Assembly (NCBI GenBank): GCA_012961165.1
Contig: DTZW01000398.1
Coordinates: 10,264-64,250, forward strand
DNA from: Gammaproteobacteria bacterium
Lineage (GTDB): Bacteria; Pseudomonadota; Gammaproteobacteria; Pseudomonadales; Azotimanducaceae
Direction: 5' to 3'
DNA: 53,987 bases
The position numbers and the translations under genes were made by a program. Under the pieces are notes generated by a model. The model was not told the DNA's origin, ran no database searches, and saw nothing but the letters and a program-made list of their open reading frames with translations. Positions within the stretch are counted from its first letter, which is position 1, and the number at the start of each line of letters is the position of its first letter. Below, in pieces: positions 19,638 through 29,915 of the stretch.

Positions 19638-20779
19638 TAGCGTCTCTCCCTTCTGTTGCCAGCTTCGGCCCTATTGCCAAAGCTCGCCCCACTATTGCTA
19701 TCAGTCGGGCGGCCTGTTGACACCCTGCCTGCCTGGTTTTGTTCCAGTATTTTATCCAGCGGCAGGTACAAGATATTGTTACCACCCTCCACATCAATCA
19801 TCACCTTGGTAGAATTCGACATGACGCTTTCCAGCGTATCAATATACATCCGGGTTCTAGTCACTTCCGGCGCCAGCTTGTATTCCGCATAGAGCTTGTT
19901 AAAGCGTTCCGCTTCACCACGTGACTGGGCTGTCACTCTTTCTTTGTAACCCTGCGCTTCTTCGGTATATCTCTGCGCTTGACCTCGAGCTTCCGGCACG
20001 ACCTGGTTCGCGTAGGCATCAGCTTCATTTCTGAGCCGCACTTCGTCCTCACGCGCCTTGATCACATCATCGAAGGCAGCACGTACTGCATCCGGCGGCG
20101 CTGTCTCTTCAATATTGACCTGCGTGACTCTAATGCCAGTTCCATAGTTATCCATGTAGGTCTGGATTCGATCCTTTACCGCAATCGCCACTTCCGCTCG
20201 ACCTTCAGTCAACACTTCATGCATTTCGGTAGAACCAACCACATGTCGCAGTGCACTTTCTGTTGCCTGATAAAGACTCTTGTCCGGCTCTCGAACGTTC
20301 AGCAGATAAGCCGCGACGTCACCGATGACATACTGAACTGTCATCTTCACTTTGACGATATTTTCGTCTTCCGTCAGCATCTCTGAATCATGGGAACTTG
20401 ATCGAACCCCGGTGACATTCTCGACCATCACTTGATCAACAAGCGGTGGATTCCAGTGCAATCCGGGGAGCACAACCGCATCCAGCTTCTTCCCAAAACG
20501 CAGTACAACGCCACGCTCCTGCTGGTCGACGGTATAAACGCCCATCACCCCATAGATCGCACCAAGCACCAGTAGAATCAGCCCGATCATGGCCATACTG
20601 ACCGGTCGCGACCCACCTCCTCCTGACGGATCCGAGCGAGAGCCACCTCCAAACATCTGTGACAGATTCGCCTGTAACTTGCGAAACGCCTCGTCCAAAT
20701 CTGGCGGTCCGTCTTGATCTCGATTTCCCCAGGGATCTTTATCTCCCTGATCTCCACCGCCTGGTTCATTCCAAGCCAT
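19637..20779 (-). CDS. hflK: FtsH protease modulator HflK (SPFH/band-7)
   Basis: 380 aa with the typical start MAWNEPGGGDQGDKDPWG...GPPDLDEAFRKL, then a TM segment and SPFH domain. AGGAG Shine-Dalgarno sequence upstream. Confidence 0.94.
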   Translation of the reverse strand: MAWNEPGGGDQGDKDPWGNRDQDGPPDLDEAFRKLQANLSQMFGGGSRSDPSGGGGSRPVSMAMIGLILLVLGAIYGVMGVYTVDQQERGVVLRFGKKLDAVVLPGLHWNPPLVDQVMVENVTGVRSSSHDSEMLTEDENIVKVKMTVQYVIGDVAAYLLNVREPDKSLYQATESALRHVVGSTEMHEVLTEGRAEVAIAVKDRIQTYMDNYGTGIRVTQVNIEETAPPDAVRAAFDDVIKAREDEVRLRNEADAYANQVVPEARGQAQRYTEEAQGYKERVTAQSRGEAERFNKLYAEYKLAPEVTRTRMYIDTLESVMSNSTKVMIDVEGGNNILYLPLDKILEQNQAGRVSTGRPTDSNSGASFGNRAEAGNRRERR

Positions 20780-20790
20780 ACTAATCTCCT

Positions 20791-20822
20791 AATAAAAGCC
20801 CGTGGGAAAACTATTCTCCCAC
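20791..20822 (-). terminator. Weak hairpin plus U-tract between hflX and hflK (possible attenuator or partial terminator)
   Basis: The minus strand reads GTGGGA-N9-TCCCAC followed by GGGCTTTTATT. The stem is only 6 bp and the U-tract is interrupted. Confidence 0.25.
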
Positions 20823-20890
20823 TACATTTGTACAAGTACTAACGGTTATACATCTGCATACCTTGTTGTACGCATTATCTAGCTAACGGA

Positions 20891-22177
20891 TTATCCCGCC
20901 AGCTTGTCCCGGGTAATTTTTCGCAAGCTGCTCTCCTGAATTCTGAGATGCATCTCTACAGACCCATCTTCACAGGGTATTTCCTCTACAACGGCACCAA
21001 GCTCAAAAAACTGAGCCCTGATTCGACCATCCTGCGGCCGAACTGTAACACTAGTTTCTATGACTGCCTCACCTATTCGTTCTGCAATCGCCTCCAGCAG
21101 TAACTCTTTACCGGCACCATCAATACTAGACACCCAGACTTTTGTTACAATACCCTGGCCATTTCGTTCAATTTCGGGCTCCTCATCAAGCAGGTCTACC
21201 TTGTTGTAAACCATCAACTGTGGTGTCGCTTCGGCACCAATCTCTTCCAGCACCAGGTTCACTTCGCTGATTTGTTCGCCGCGCAGCGGTGACGCTGCAT
21301 CTACTACATGCAATATTAAATCAGCCTGGCTGACTTCTTCTAAAGTTGCCCTGAATGCATCGACCAGCGAATGTGGAAGCTGACGGATAAAACCCACCGT
21401 GTCTGCCAGTACAGCGTTACCGATTACCGGCAATTCGAGCTTTCTGAGCGTTGGGTCCAGAGTCGCGAACAATTGGTTTTCCACCAGAACATCAGCAGTG
21501 CATAGCTGGTTGAACAGCGTTGACTTACCGGCATTAGTATAACCGGCGAGCGAAATTGTTTTTACATCCGACCGGGTCCTTCCTCGCCGGTTGTGCTCAC
21601 GCTGAGACTGAACCTTCGAAAGACGACCGTTAATTCGCTTGATTCGATCAGAGACCATACGCTGGTCTGCCTCAAGCTGGGTTTCACCCGCACCGCCCAA
21701 ACCGGACGACGCTCCAGCACCACGACCCGAACCACCTCTCTGACGATCAAGGTGAGACCAGCCACGAACCAGCCGTGAAGATGCGTGGTCCAGTTGTGCA
21801 AGCTCCACTTGAAGCTTACCTTCGTGAGTTCTTGCCCTTCTCGCAAAAATTTCGAGAATCAAACCCGTACGACCGAGTACACGTATGTCCAGGGCCTGTT
21901 CAAGGTTCCTTTCCTGAGTGGGTGATATGTCATCACCAAATATAACAAGATCACAAGCCTGATCAGCCAGGAACTCTGCGATTTCATCGACCTTACCACC
22001 GCCGATAAATGTACCAGGATGCGGGTACCTTCGATTGCTGGAGAGGCATCCCACAGGAACCAGACCGGCCGAACGCACGAGTTCTTTTAACTCATCAGTA
22101 GTAGCAAGTTCTGAGTTGTGCTTCTGTATATGGACCAGCAGCGCTTTGCTGCCGGTTTTTGGTCGGTCTAAAAACAA
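20891..22177 (-). CDS. hflX: GTPase HflX
   Basis: 428 aa with G motifs GYTNAGKST, DTVGF and NKVD, plus the glycine-rich HflX linker. Starts 2 nt after the hfq stop. Confidence 0.94.
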   Translation of the reverse strand: MFLDRPKTGSKALLVHIQKHNSELATTDELKELVRSAGLVPVGCLSSNRRYPHPGTFIGGGKVDEIAEFLADQACDLVIFGDDISPTQERNLEQALDIRVLGRTGLILEIFARRARTHEGKLQVELAQLDHASSRLVRGWSHLDRQRGGSGRGAGASSGLGGAGETQLEADQRMVSDRIKRINGRLSKVQSQREHNRRGRTRSDVKTISLAGYTNAGKSTLFNQLCTADVLVENQLFATLDPTLRKLELPVIGNAVLADTVGFIRQLPHSLVDAFRATLEEVSQADLILHVVDAASPLRGEQISEVNLVLEEIGAEATPQLMVYNKVDLLDEEPEIERNGQGIVTKVWVSSIDGAGKELLLEAIAERIGEAVIETSVTVRPQDGRIRAQFFELGAVVEEIPCEDGSVEMHLRIQESSLRKITRDKLAG

Positions 22178-22179
22178 GC

Positions 22180-22410
22180 TTATTCGGTTCCTTCAGTCGG
22201 CATCTTCACTGCTCGTGACGGCACTACTGATGAGATCGATGACTTGTAGATCATCTGGTTTACTGTGCTTCGTAAAAGAATGACAAACTGGTCAAACGAT
22301 TCTATCTGTCCCTGCAACTTGATCCCGCTAACCAAGTAGATTGATACCGGGACACGATCTTTTCGCAGCGCATTAAGAAAAGGGTCTTGTAGAGATGGCC
22401 CTTTTGACAT
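22180..22410 (-). CDS. hfq: RNA chaperone Hfq (short form, variant Sm2 motif)
   Basis: 76 aa. [41 protein letters not shown] is canonical. The Sm2 motif reads [11 protein letters not shown] instead of VYKHAISTVVP. Confidence 0.93.
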   Translation of the reverse strand: MSKGPSLQDPFLNALRKDRVPVSIYLVSGIKLQGQIESFDQFVILLRSTVNQMIYKSSISSVVPSRAVKMPTEGTE

Positions 22411-22541
22411 GTTGCTCTCCTGGGATTCCTGTATTCCAGCCGCAATCGAGATGGAGGAATCGTTAAATAAATAATGCTAAGCAAACGTCCGTAGCTGTTT
22501 GGATCAACCGGGTTCAGGGTCAACACTCGCTTCACGGGCGA

Positions 22542-23462
22542 CTATCCTAATATGGAGCTGTTAATCACGATTTTCAAGGCCTGCTGGGTATTTGGCTCCG
22601 CCAGAAGATTGAGGTTTTTCCAACTCCTTAACCAGGTATGCTGCCGCTTCGCTAGTTGCCGGGTCGCCGCCAAAGCAGACTTGATCATAGTTTGCTCATC
22701 TATTTCACCCTCAAGAAACGACCAGATCTGGCGATACCCCACCGATTTTATCGCCGGAAGGTGGGCATGAATGCCAGGTTTTTCGCGCAGCATCTGAACT
22801 TCCCCTACAAATCCAGCTTTCAACATTTCCCTGAAACGGGCCTCTATAGCCTGATGTAGCGCCAAACGGTCATCGGGAATGATAGCCATTTCAAGTAGTG
22901 GAAAGGGGCATGCTTCAACCGACTGACGATGCAGCCTTGATAATGGGACACCAGTCAGCCGAAAGACCTCTATTGCACGCTGAAGCCTCTGGGGATCTGT
23001 CGGCCTGATTCGTTTCGACGATTCAAGGTCAATCCTGGCCAACTCTTGATGCACATGCGCCCAACCATGTTCTTCCGCCTGCCGTAATATTTCAGCTCTA
23101 ATGTCGGGGTCGGCCGCGGGAAGTTCCGCCAGGCCTTCTTTTAGTCCCTTGAGGTACAGCATGGTGCCACCCGAAATGATCGCCAACTTTCCTTCGCTTT
23201 GTATCCGGGAGACCAGGGCAATACAGTCTTTGCGAAATTCAGCAGCAGAATACGGATCATCCGGGTCGCGGATATCGATCAGGTGATGCTTTACCTCTGC
23301 CAGAGTAGCAACGTCAGGCTTGGCAGAACCGATATCCATGCCCCTGTAAACCTGTGCAGAATCTGCACTGATGATCTCTGCTCCGAGATGCCTGGCCAGT
23401 CCCAGGGTAAGTTGTGATTTCCCACTGGCAGTTGGACCAGTGATCACGAGTACACCCTTCAA
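22542..23462 (-). CDS. miaA: tRNA dimethylallyltransferase
   Basis: 306 aa with P-loop GPTASGKS, ISADSAQVYRGMDIGSAKP, and HHLIDI. Confidence 0.95.
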   Translation of the reverse strand: MKGVLVITGPTASGKSQLTLGLARHLGAEIISADSAQVYRGMDIGSAKPDVATLAEVKHHLIDIRDPDDPYSAAEFRKDCIALVSRIQSEGKLAIISGGTMLYLKGLKEGLAELPAADPDIRAEILRQAEEHGWAHVHQELARIDLESSKRIRPTDPQRLQRAIEVFRLTGVPLSRLHRQSVEACPFPLLEMAIIPDDRLALHQAIEARFREMLKAGFVGEVQMLREKPGIHAHLPAIKSVGYRQIWSFLEGEIDEQTMIKSALAATRQLAKRQHTWLRSWKNLNLLAEPNTQQALKIVINSSILG

Positions 23463-23464
23463 AC

Positions 23465-25240
23465 TTACCGGCCTCTCAGGAATAAGCTATCAAGCTCTGC
23501 CAGACTCATTTCGCACCAGGTCGGTCGTCCATGATTGCATTGGCCGGATCGTTCGGTTTCTTCCATGTCGCGCAGCAAGGCATTCATTTCCGGAAGGGTC
23601 AATCGCCTGTTTGCTCGAACGGAACCATGGCAGGCCATCGTTGAAAGGATTTCGTCCCGGTGTTGCTCAATCCGCGCGCTCTGGCCATATTCAGAGAGAT
23701 CAGAAAGGACATCACGTACTAATTGTTCTACATTGCTCTTCGCGAGCAGTGTTGGCACCGCGCGCACAATGATGGATTCCTCACTCGCCCGCTCGAGTTC
23801 AAGGCCCAACGCAGAAAACTCGGAGCCGTGCTCATCAACCAGATCAGCTTCTTTTTCACTTACAACAATCGAAAGGGGCACCAACATTGGTTGACTACGG
23901 ATTCCTTCAGCATCGCATGCAGTCTTCATGTGTTCGTACGTAATTCGCTCGTGCGCCGCATGCATATCAACAAGAATAAGTCCGGCCCTATTTTCCGAAA
24001 GAATATAGATGCCGTGAAGCTGTGCAACGGCATAGCCAAGCGGTGGCATCGTGATGTCATCGGATTCAGGAAATCCCGCAACGGGATCTTTTGCGAACAT
24101 TTCACGGTATACAGACATTTGTGGGTCCCGGACCCCTTGCGACCCCGATCGCCCCCCGAAGGATATCGGCGCCTGCAAGGGGACCGCGCCTCCCGGGGCT
24201 CCTGCGAGATGCGGATCCGCTTCAGCCGCAACCGGTTCTTCCGGGCGTACATCTGCCAGAACATGGTGAATTGTCCGGAAGATAAAATCATGGACATCAC
24301 GGGTTTCACGGAACCGAACCTCACATTTGGTTGGATGCACGTTCACATCAACCAGCCGGGGGTTAATCGAGAGAAACAGGCAATAAACAGGGTTTCGACC
24401 GTGGTACAGGACATCTGCATAGCCCTGCTTAACCGCGTGGGTAACCACCCTGTCCCTAATGATGCGCCCGTTAACAAAAAAGAACTGTTGATCCGCCTGA
24501 CTGCGTGAGTAGGTTGGCAACCCAATCCAGCCCCGGAGCTCCATACCCCCCCTTTCCTGAGAGAAGAAGACTGAACTCTCGAGAAATGCACTACCAAACA
24601 CGCTGGCAACGCGGTGCGCCTCATCGTCACCAATATATTGCTTCGTTGTTTTTCCATTGTGACTCAGGACAAAACTGACCCCAGGATGGCTAAGACTGAC
24701 TTTACGAACAACCTCTTCCACTTTCAGGAACTCAGTTCGCTCGGTTCTAAGGAATTTCCTTCTCGCGGGGGTGTTGAAGAACAGCTCTCGTATCTCAACA
24801 GTCGTTCCGCGGGGATGAGGTGCCGGTGAAATTTCAATCCGCATGTCTGCGCCGGACGCCTGAACACTCCAGCCAAATGAAGCGTCTTCCTGCGTGTTAG
24901 CCGTTAGTTTCAGCCGGGATATTGACGCCACGCTGGCCAGCGCCTCACCACGGAAACCGAGCGTCTCAATGGCTTCAAGGTCACCCTGATCCCTAATCTT
25001 GCTGGTGGCATGCCGCGCCAGCGCGAGATTCAGGTCGTCTTTGTGAATTCCCCTGCCATCATCGCGAACACGAATGAGTTTCACACCCCCGGCCTCAACA
25101 TCGACCTCTATCCTGGTCGCACCGGCATCCAGTGAATTCTCAAGCATCTCCTTGACGACGGAAGCCGGCCGTTCCACGACCTCACCCGCAGCAATCTGGT
25201 TGGAAAGACGCTTATCGAGCTGTGTGATTCTTTGATGCAT
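23465..25240 (-). CDS. mutL: DNA mismatch repair protein MutL
   Basis: GHKL ATPase N-terminus [36 protein letters not shown] prefer the ATG at 25240, which has GAGGGG upstream and gives 591 aa. The track ORF extends 5 codons further to a GTG at 25255. Confidence 0.93.
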   Translation of the reverse strand: MHQRITQLDKRLSNQIAAGEVVERPASVVKEMLENSLDAGATRIEVDVEAGGVKLIRVRDDGRGIHKDDLNLALARHATSKIRDQGDLEAIETLGFRGEALASVASISRLKLTANTQEDASFGWSVQASGADMRIEISPAPHPRGTTVEIRELFFNTPARRKFLRTERTEFLKVEEVVRKVSLSHPGVSFVLSHNGKTTKQYIGDDEAHRVASVFGSAFLESSVFFSQERGGMELRGWIGLPTYSRSQADQQFFFVNGRIIRDRVVTHAVKQGYADVLYHGRNPVYCLFLSINPRLVDVNVHPTKCEVRFRETRDVHDFIFRTIHHVLADVRPEEPVAAEADPHLAGAPGGAVPLQAPISFGGRSGSQGVRDPQMSVYREMFAKDPVAGFPESDDITMPPLGYAVAQLHGIYILSENRAGLILVDMHAAHERITYEHMKTACDAEGIRSQPMLVPLSIVVSEKEADLVDEHGSEFSALGLELERASEESIIVRAVPTLLAKSNVEQLVRDVLSDLSEYGQSARIEQHRDEILSTMACHGSVRANRRLTLPEMNALLRDMEETERSGQCNHGRPTWCEMSLAELDSLFLRGR

Positions 25241-25259
25241 TAACCCCTCTTTCACGAAG

Positions 25260-26711
25260 TTATCCCGGGGGAATCTTCAGTGTCTGACCAAGACGAATAG
25301 TATCATTGCGCAGACCATTAAAGTCCTTCAATTTCCTAAAGGGTACCCGATAACGTTCGGCGATTTCGGACAGCGTATCGCCCCTTTCGATGACGTGGGT
25401 TTTCGCCTCGTCACTCTTGCCTTGTTTAACCCACGCAAGGTAAGAACCATCGGGTGGTCTCGATTGCATGGAGTTCTTTACGCCCTTGAATATGGCGTTC
25501 GCCAGCCTGGCCTGGTGACTTCGGGTGGCCAGCTTTCTCGCTTCCGCCGGGTTTGATATATACCCCGTCTCTATGAGCAGTGATGGTATTTCTGGTGATT
25601 TAAGGACAGCAAAGGCTGCCTGCTCAACCGTTTTCTTGTGCAGTTTATTCACTTTTTTCAGGTTACCGAGCACCGAATCGCCTATTTCCAGGCTGAACGA
25701 CAGACTGTGTGTCTGTGCCAGATCCAGCAGTATCTCCGCCACCTCATCCTCTCTATCACCCAAGGATACGCTCCCCACGCCACCGATCAGGTCAGCCATG
25801 TTCTCTTTCTCCGCCAGCCATCTCGCGGTTTCGCTGGTAGCACCTTTCTGGGAAATGGCATAAACCGAAGCACCACTCACCTTTGATGTTTTGAAGGCAT
25901 CGGCGTGAATCGATAAAAAGACGTCTGCCTGACTGCTACGAGCTATCTCTGTTCGTTTACGCAGCGCAACATAGTAATCGCCCTCACGAATCAGTTTCGA
26001 CCTGAACCCAGGCTCCTGCTCAAACAGGACATGAAGCTTCTTGGCGATTCCAAGCACAACATCCTTCTCGTATAGTTTGCCAGGTCCTAGTGCACCGGGA
26101 TCATCACCGCCATGGCCCGCATCGATAGCAATAATCACATCCCTCATTTGCGTCAAGGTCCGCTGAGATTTCAGGGCGACTGTCAGACTCGGCTGATCCT
26201 TTCCATGGAGATCAATCACCAGGCGATGGCCGTACTGCATGACTGGTTGCAACACAAAGGAGTTTGGTTGGACTTCCTCATTCAGGTCCAGGACAACCCT
26301 GATATCTTCGCCGTTGTTTCTGCTTGCGGTCCGGACTTGACGGATGGCGGTCTGCTCCAGAACAAGATTACTCACATCCGAACTGAACCGCGCGGAGGAA
26401 ATGTCGATCACAAGCCGAAGAGGGTCTCGCAGACGAAACATTTTGTACTCAACGGGTTGACCGAGGTCAAACACAATTCGAGTTTTCCCCGGTGATGGAT
26501 GAATACGGAGACCATCGATGTCGGTCTGTGCGGCTGAAGCTCCTGTTTGCGCCGCTGAGGCTCCTGTTTGCGCGGCTGAAGCTCCTGTTTGCGCCGCTGA
26601 GGCTCCTGTTTGCGCGGCTGAAGCTCCTGAAGGACAAACCAGCATGGCCATTGCCGCTGCCCGCAGCAGCCGTCCTAGGCTGATTCGTCTACCTCGATTA
26701 GCTGGGTACAA
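25260..26711 (-). CDS. amiB: N-acetylmuramoyl-L-alanine amidase (signal peptide, repeat linker, AMIN, Amidase_3, LysM)
   Basis: 483 aa with an AMIN-like segment ([16 protein letters not shown]), an amidase_3 core ([14 protein letters not shown]...SIHADA), and a C-terminal LysM ([16 protein letters not shown]). Sits in the tsaE-amiB-mutL context. The TTG start is uncertain and overlaps tsaE by 37 nt. Confidence 0.9.
   Translation of the reverse strand: MYPANRGRRISLGRLLRAAAMAMLVCPSGASAAQTGASAAQTGASAAQTGASAAQTGASAAQTDIDGLRIHPSPGKTRIVFDLGQPVEYKMFRLRDPLRLVIDISSARFSSDVSNLVLEQTAIRQVRTASRNNGEDIRVVLDLNEEVQPNSFVLQPVMQYGHRLVIDLHGKDQPSLTVALKSQRTLTQMRDVIIAIDAGHGGDDPGALGPGKLYEKDVVLGIAKKLHVLFEQEPGFRSKLIREGDYYVALRKRTEIARSSQADVFLSIHADAFKTSKVSGASVYAISQKGATSETARWLAEKENMADLIGGVGSVSLGDREDEVAEILLDLAQTHSLSFSLEIGDSVLGNLKKVNKLHKKTVEQAAFAVLKSPEIPSLLIETGYISNPAEARKLATRSHQARLANAIFKGVKNSMQSRPPDGSYLAWVKQGKSDEAKTHVIERGDTLSEIAERYRVPFRKLKDFNGLRNDTIRLGQTLKIPPG
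26523..26627. repeat. Five tandem 21-nt units (in frame) encoding GASAAQT x5 just after the amiB signal peptide
   Basis: Coordinates derived from the ORF frame (G29 to T63). At nucleotide level two unit variants alternate (…CTGAAGCTCCTGTTTGCGCGG / …CTGAGGCTCCTGTTTGCGCCG) in an A-B-A-B-A pattern. Confidence 0.88.
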
Positions 26712-27145
26712 ATTTTCTCGCCGCTCTGTGAGTTCGACCTGACGCCTATGATCCGCTTTTCGCCCAATACATCAATGGTAATCTCCAGATCATGCTGCGG
26801 CAGATAGCCTATGGCTTTCTCAGGCCATTCAATCAGACATAGTTTGTTGTTGCCGAAGTATTCATCAATACCGATATATTCCAGCTCCCCGGGATCGGCC
26901 AGGCGGTAGAGGTCAAAGTGATAAACCTCTGAGTCTGAAATCTGGTAAGGCTCAACGAGGGTGAACGTTGGACTTTTAACTGCTCCTGAATGACCCATGG
27001 CTCGCAGTATGCCCCTGCATAAAGTCGTTTTCCCCGCACCAAGGCCCCCGCTGAGATGAACCACGCCTTCGCCATGCAACAGGCGCGCCAGCCTTGCGCC
27101 CAGCCCAAGCATCTCTTTTTCACTCGTGAGTTCAAATTTTATCAT
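26675..27145 (-). CDS. tsaE: tRNA t6A37 biosynthesis ATPase TsaE (YjeE)
   Basis: 156 aa with Walker A GGLGAGKTT and SPTFTLV...YHFDLYRL motifs. Confidence 0.93.
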   Translation of the reverse strand: MIKFELTSEKEMLGLGARLARLLHGEGVVHLSGGLGAGKTTLCRGILRAMGHSGAVKSPTFTLVEPYQISDSEVYHFDLYRLADPGELEYIGIDEYFGNNKLCLIEWPEKAIGYLPQHDLEITIDVLGEKRIIGVRSNSQSGEKICTQLIEVDESA

Positions 27146-27154
27146 CTGGTCTAT

Positions 27155-28717
27155 TTAACCCGGCATGCCATTAAGGAGCTTTCTTATTTCAGGCAACAGC
27201 TGGGTAGCGAGCAAACCACGCTCACCTTGCCTTGCAGTAATGTTGTCTGCTGCGAGCGAATGCACAATAACGCCAAGACAGGCTGCGTCATTCATATCCA
27301 GCCCTTGGGCAACCAGGCCGCCAATAATCCCGGACAGGACATCCCCCATCCCGGCAACCGACATACCTGGATTCCCATAGGGACAAAGCCATACATCATG
27401 GCGACTGGCTATTAACGTGCCCGCGCCTTTGAGCAGGCAAACCCCGCCGTACTTTTCCTGCAATTGTTTAACTGAGGCTAATCGGTTCACCTGAACGTTC
27501 TTTCCCAGGAGGTTACGGGCTTCTCCGGGGTGCGGTGTCAAAATCCAGTTATCTCTTCTTGTAGACTGTTGTGGCAAGCGGCTCAATCGATTCAAGCCAT
27601 CCGCATCAATAATCATGGGAAGTTCAGACTCGAGCACAATATCAAACAATTCAGAACCCCAGGGACTATCACCACCAAGGCTGTCATTACCAAGGCTGTC
27701 ATTACCAAGGCTGTCATTACCAAGGCTGTCATTACCAAGGCTGTCATTACCAAGACCGGGCCCCACGACAACAACCGTTGCCCGGTTAATCAGCACTTTC
27801 AGTTCATCAGGTGTCGTCACACTTTTGGTCATCACCTCCGGTCGCCTTGCCACCAGCGAGTTGACGCTTGTTGGATGTGTTGCCACAGAAACAAGACCTG
27901 CACCGGAATACATAGCGGCCTCGGCAGCCATAGCGACCGCACCTGCCATACCCTGGTCGCCACCGACAACCAGCACATGGCCATGGTTCATTTTGTGCGC
28001 GTTCCTGTTTCTGACAGGCAGTTTTCGGATCTGGTCTTCATAACTCAACATCCGCACACTGGGTTCGATTGCATCAAAGACACTACCCGGTACCGAAAGA
28101 TCAGCGAAATTAAGCTCCCCCACCACCTCCGGGCCTTCATTGGTGAGCAACCCGAGCTTCCGCCCAATGAAAGTGACTGTCATGTCGGCCTTAATACACG
28201 CGCCCAGAATGTTGCCCGTATCGGCGCACAACCCAGAAGGAATGTCTACCGCAAGCACGGGACAGTCGTGCAAGTTAACCGCTGAAATGACCTGTTGATA
28301 CTCAGGTCTCACAGGACCGATTAATCCAGTGCCCAGTAATGCATCCACGACGAATGCTGAATCTTGCAGCGAAAGTTCAGCGGTAAGTATTTCGACACCC
28401 GCCTCGCGGCAGTATCCGTACGCTTTGCCCGCATCTGTTTCCGCCGAAGGGACCTTGCCAACCAGGCCGACGGTCACTTCAATTCCCCTGTTCGCGAGCA
28501 ATCCGGCGATGATGAAACCATCCCCGGCATTGTTACCTGAACCACACAAAACACTGACTTTCCCAGGAGAGGGTGCCTGCCCCAGCAGAACATCTACACA
28601 GGCTTGCGCCGCGCTACGCATCAATTTGATGCCTGGGATACCCTTTTCCTCGATGGTTATCCGATCGAGTTCACGAACCTGCTGCGCCAGATAGATTGAA
28701 GTCACGGTCTTGTTCAC
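27155..28717 (-). CDS. nnr: Bifunctional NAD(P)H-hydrate repair enzyme Nnr (YjeF: epimerase plus ADP-dependent dehydratase)
   Basis: 520 aa with a YjeF_N domain (CGSGNNAGDGFIIAGLL) and a C-terminal carbohydrate-kinase-like domain (GHVLVVGGDQGMAGA, GPGLG, DADGLN, GNPGMSVAGMGDVLSG). GTG start. Confidence 0.93.
   Translation of the reverse strand: MNKTVTSIYLAQQVRELDRITIEEKGIPGIKLMRSAAQACVDVLLGQAPSPGKVSVLCGSGNNAGDGFIIAGLLANRGIEVTVGLVGKVPSAETDAGKAYGYCREAGVEILTAELSLQDSAFVVDALLGTGLIGPVRPEYQQVISAVNLHDCPVLAVDIPSGLCADTGNILGACIKADMTVTFIGRKLGLLTNEGPEVVGELNFADLSVPGSVFDAIEPSVRMLSYEDQIRKLPVRNRNAHKMNHGHVLVVGGDQGMAGAVAMAAEAAMYSGAGLVSVATHPTSVNSLVARRPEVMTKSVTTPDELKVLINRATVVVVGPGLGNDSLGNDSLGNDSLGNDSLGNDSLGGDSPWGSELFDIVLESELPMIIDADGLNRLSRLPQQSTRRDNWILTPHPGEARNLLGKNVQVNRLASVKQLQEKYGGVCLLKGAGTLIASRHDVWLCPYGNPGMSVAGMGDVLSGIIGGLVAQGLDMNDAACLGVIVHSLAADNITARQGERGLLATQLLPEIRKLLNGMPG
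27674..27748. repeat. Five perfect tandem 15-nt units ACCAAGGCTGTCATT (in frame, GNDSL x5) inside nnr, flanked by diverged copies
   Basis: Read directly: 27674-88, 27689-703, 27704-18, 27719-33 and 27734-48 are identical. A degenerate sixth copy lies at 27659-73 (GGDSP). Confidence 0.92.
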
Positions 28718-28787
28718 CTACATTCAAACCCTGATTATAGGACAATGCCCGCCTTTATCTGAGATTAGCCCTGAGATTCCTCGAAAA

Positions 28788-29915
28788 ATGACACTGAATC
28801 ACCACCACAAAGTTGAATGGGAAGAACTCAAAGGCCTGCTGCCTGGTTGGGGACGGGAACTCGGCTTCTCTGGAGTCGGCGTTGCAGATATCAATCTCGA
28901 AGACCACCGGAACCGACTGCAGGGCTGGCTGGCTGATGAATACCACGGCGAGATGGAGTACATGGCCCGGCACGGGAGCATGCGATGGCAACCCAAACTT
29001 CTACATCCGGGCACTCATTCGATCATTACCGTTAAAATCGATTATCTGCAAAAGCAGCCAGCACCTGAAGAAATTCTGGCGCAGGCAGACAAGGCATACA
29101 TCTCGAGGTATGCACTTGGGAGGGATTACCACAAAGTAATCCGCAACAAACTAAAACGCCTGGTCAAAAAGATCAGTGATCATTGCGAGAACCTGGGGTT
29201 CCATGACTTTGATTCACGCGTTTTTACCGACAGTGCACCGATCCTTGAAAAGGCGCTTGCAGAGAAGTCAGGACTGGGGTGGATCGGAAAACATACTTTA
29301 CTGATCAACGAAAAGGAGGGATCCTGGTTTTTCCTGGGCGAGATCCTCACCAACCTCCCACTTACCCAAAGCCCCAGCGCGCAGACCAATCGCTGTGGTT
29401 CATGTACCGCCTGTATTGATATATGCCCCACAAAAGCAATCGTCGCGCCTTACACACTGGACGCAAGACGATGTATTTCTTACCTAACAATTGAACACAG
29501 GGGCGTTATACCCCTGGAGCTTCGAAAACCAATGGGTAACAGGGTCTTTGGTTGCGATGATTGCCAGCTGACATGCCCATGGAATCGATACGCGAAGCAG
29601 TCCTTGGAACCAGACTTCGAGCCGAGACACGGGCTTGAAGCAACTGACCTTCTTAATCTCTTTAGCTGGAACGAGGAGGAGTTTCTAAAGAATACGGAAG
29701 GCTCTGCCATACGGCGTACGGGCTATGAAGGATGGCTTCGAAACCTTGCGATTGGTCTGGGAAATATTGATTTTAAAGCAAGCGCTACTGCAGAGACTGC
29801 GTCCAGCGAGGCTGTGGTAGCAGCACTGGAGAGCCGCATTGGGTACTCAACACTGGTAGATCATCACATTGAATGGGCAATCTGCCAGCATCAGCGCGTT
29901 ATCAGCTCATCTTGA
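28788..29915 (+). CDS. queG: Epoxyqueuosine reductase QueG
   Basis: Homology-consistent start at [14 protein letters not shown]...[18 protein letters not shown]...[11 protein letters not shown]. 4Fe-4S motifs [12 protein letters not shown] and [11 protein letters not shown]. The 26-codon extension in the track ORF (TTG 28710) overlaps the nnr start and is unlikely. Confidence 0.9.
   Translation: MTLNHHHKVEWEELKGLLPGWGRELGFSGVGVADINLEDHRNRLQGWLADEYHGEMEYMARHGSMRWQPKLLHPGTHSIITVKIDYLQKQPAPEEILAQADKAYISRYALGRDYHKVIRNKLKRLVKKISDHCENLGFHDFDSRVFTDSAPILEKALAEKSGLGWIGKHTLLINEKEGSWFFLGEILTNLPLTQSPSAQTNRCGSCTACIDICPTKAIVAPYTLDARRCISYLTIEHRGVIPLELRKPMGNRVFGCDDCQLTCPWNRYAKQSLEPDFEPRHGLEATDLLNLFSWNEEEFLKNTEGSAIRRTGYEGWLRNLAIGLGNIDFKASATAETASSEAVVAALESRIGYSTLVDHHIEWAICQHQRVISSS

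Noticed and set aside
23723-24508. 261-aa plus-strand ORF
   Set aside because: It is antisense to mutL and has no recognisable domain.
27530-28285. 251-aa and 142-aa plus-strand ORFs containing AVITK / PRLSL repeats
   Set aside because: They are antisense to nnr, and the repeats are the GNDSL array in other frames.
28710-28787. N-terminal extensions proposed by the maximal ORFs for queG (28710), serB (38206), orn (30489) and the aldo/keto reductase (46718)
   Set aside because: Each extension overlaps a neighbouring gene or lacks similarity to the family N-terminus. Internal ATGs give family-typical lengths, and serB's also has a good AAGGAG Shine-Dalgarno sequence.
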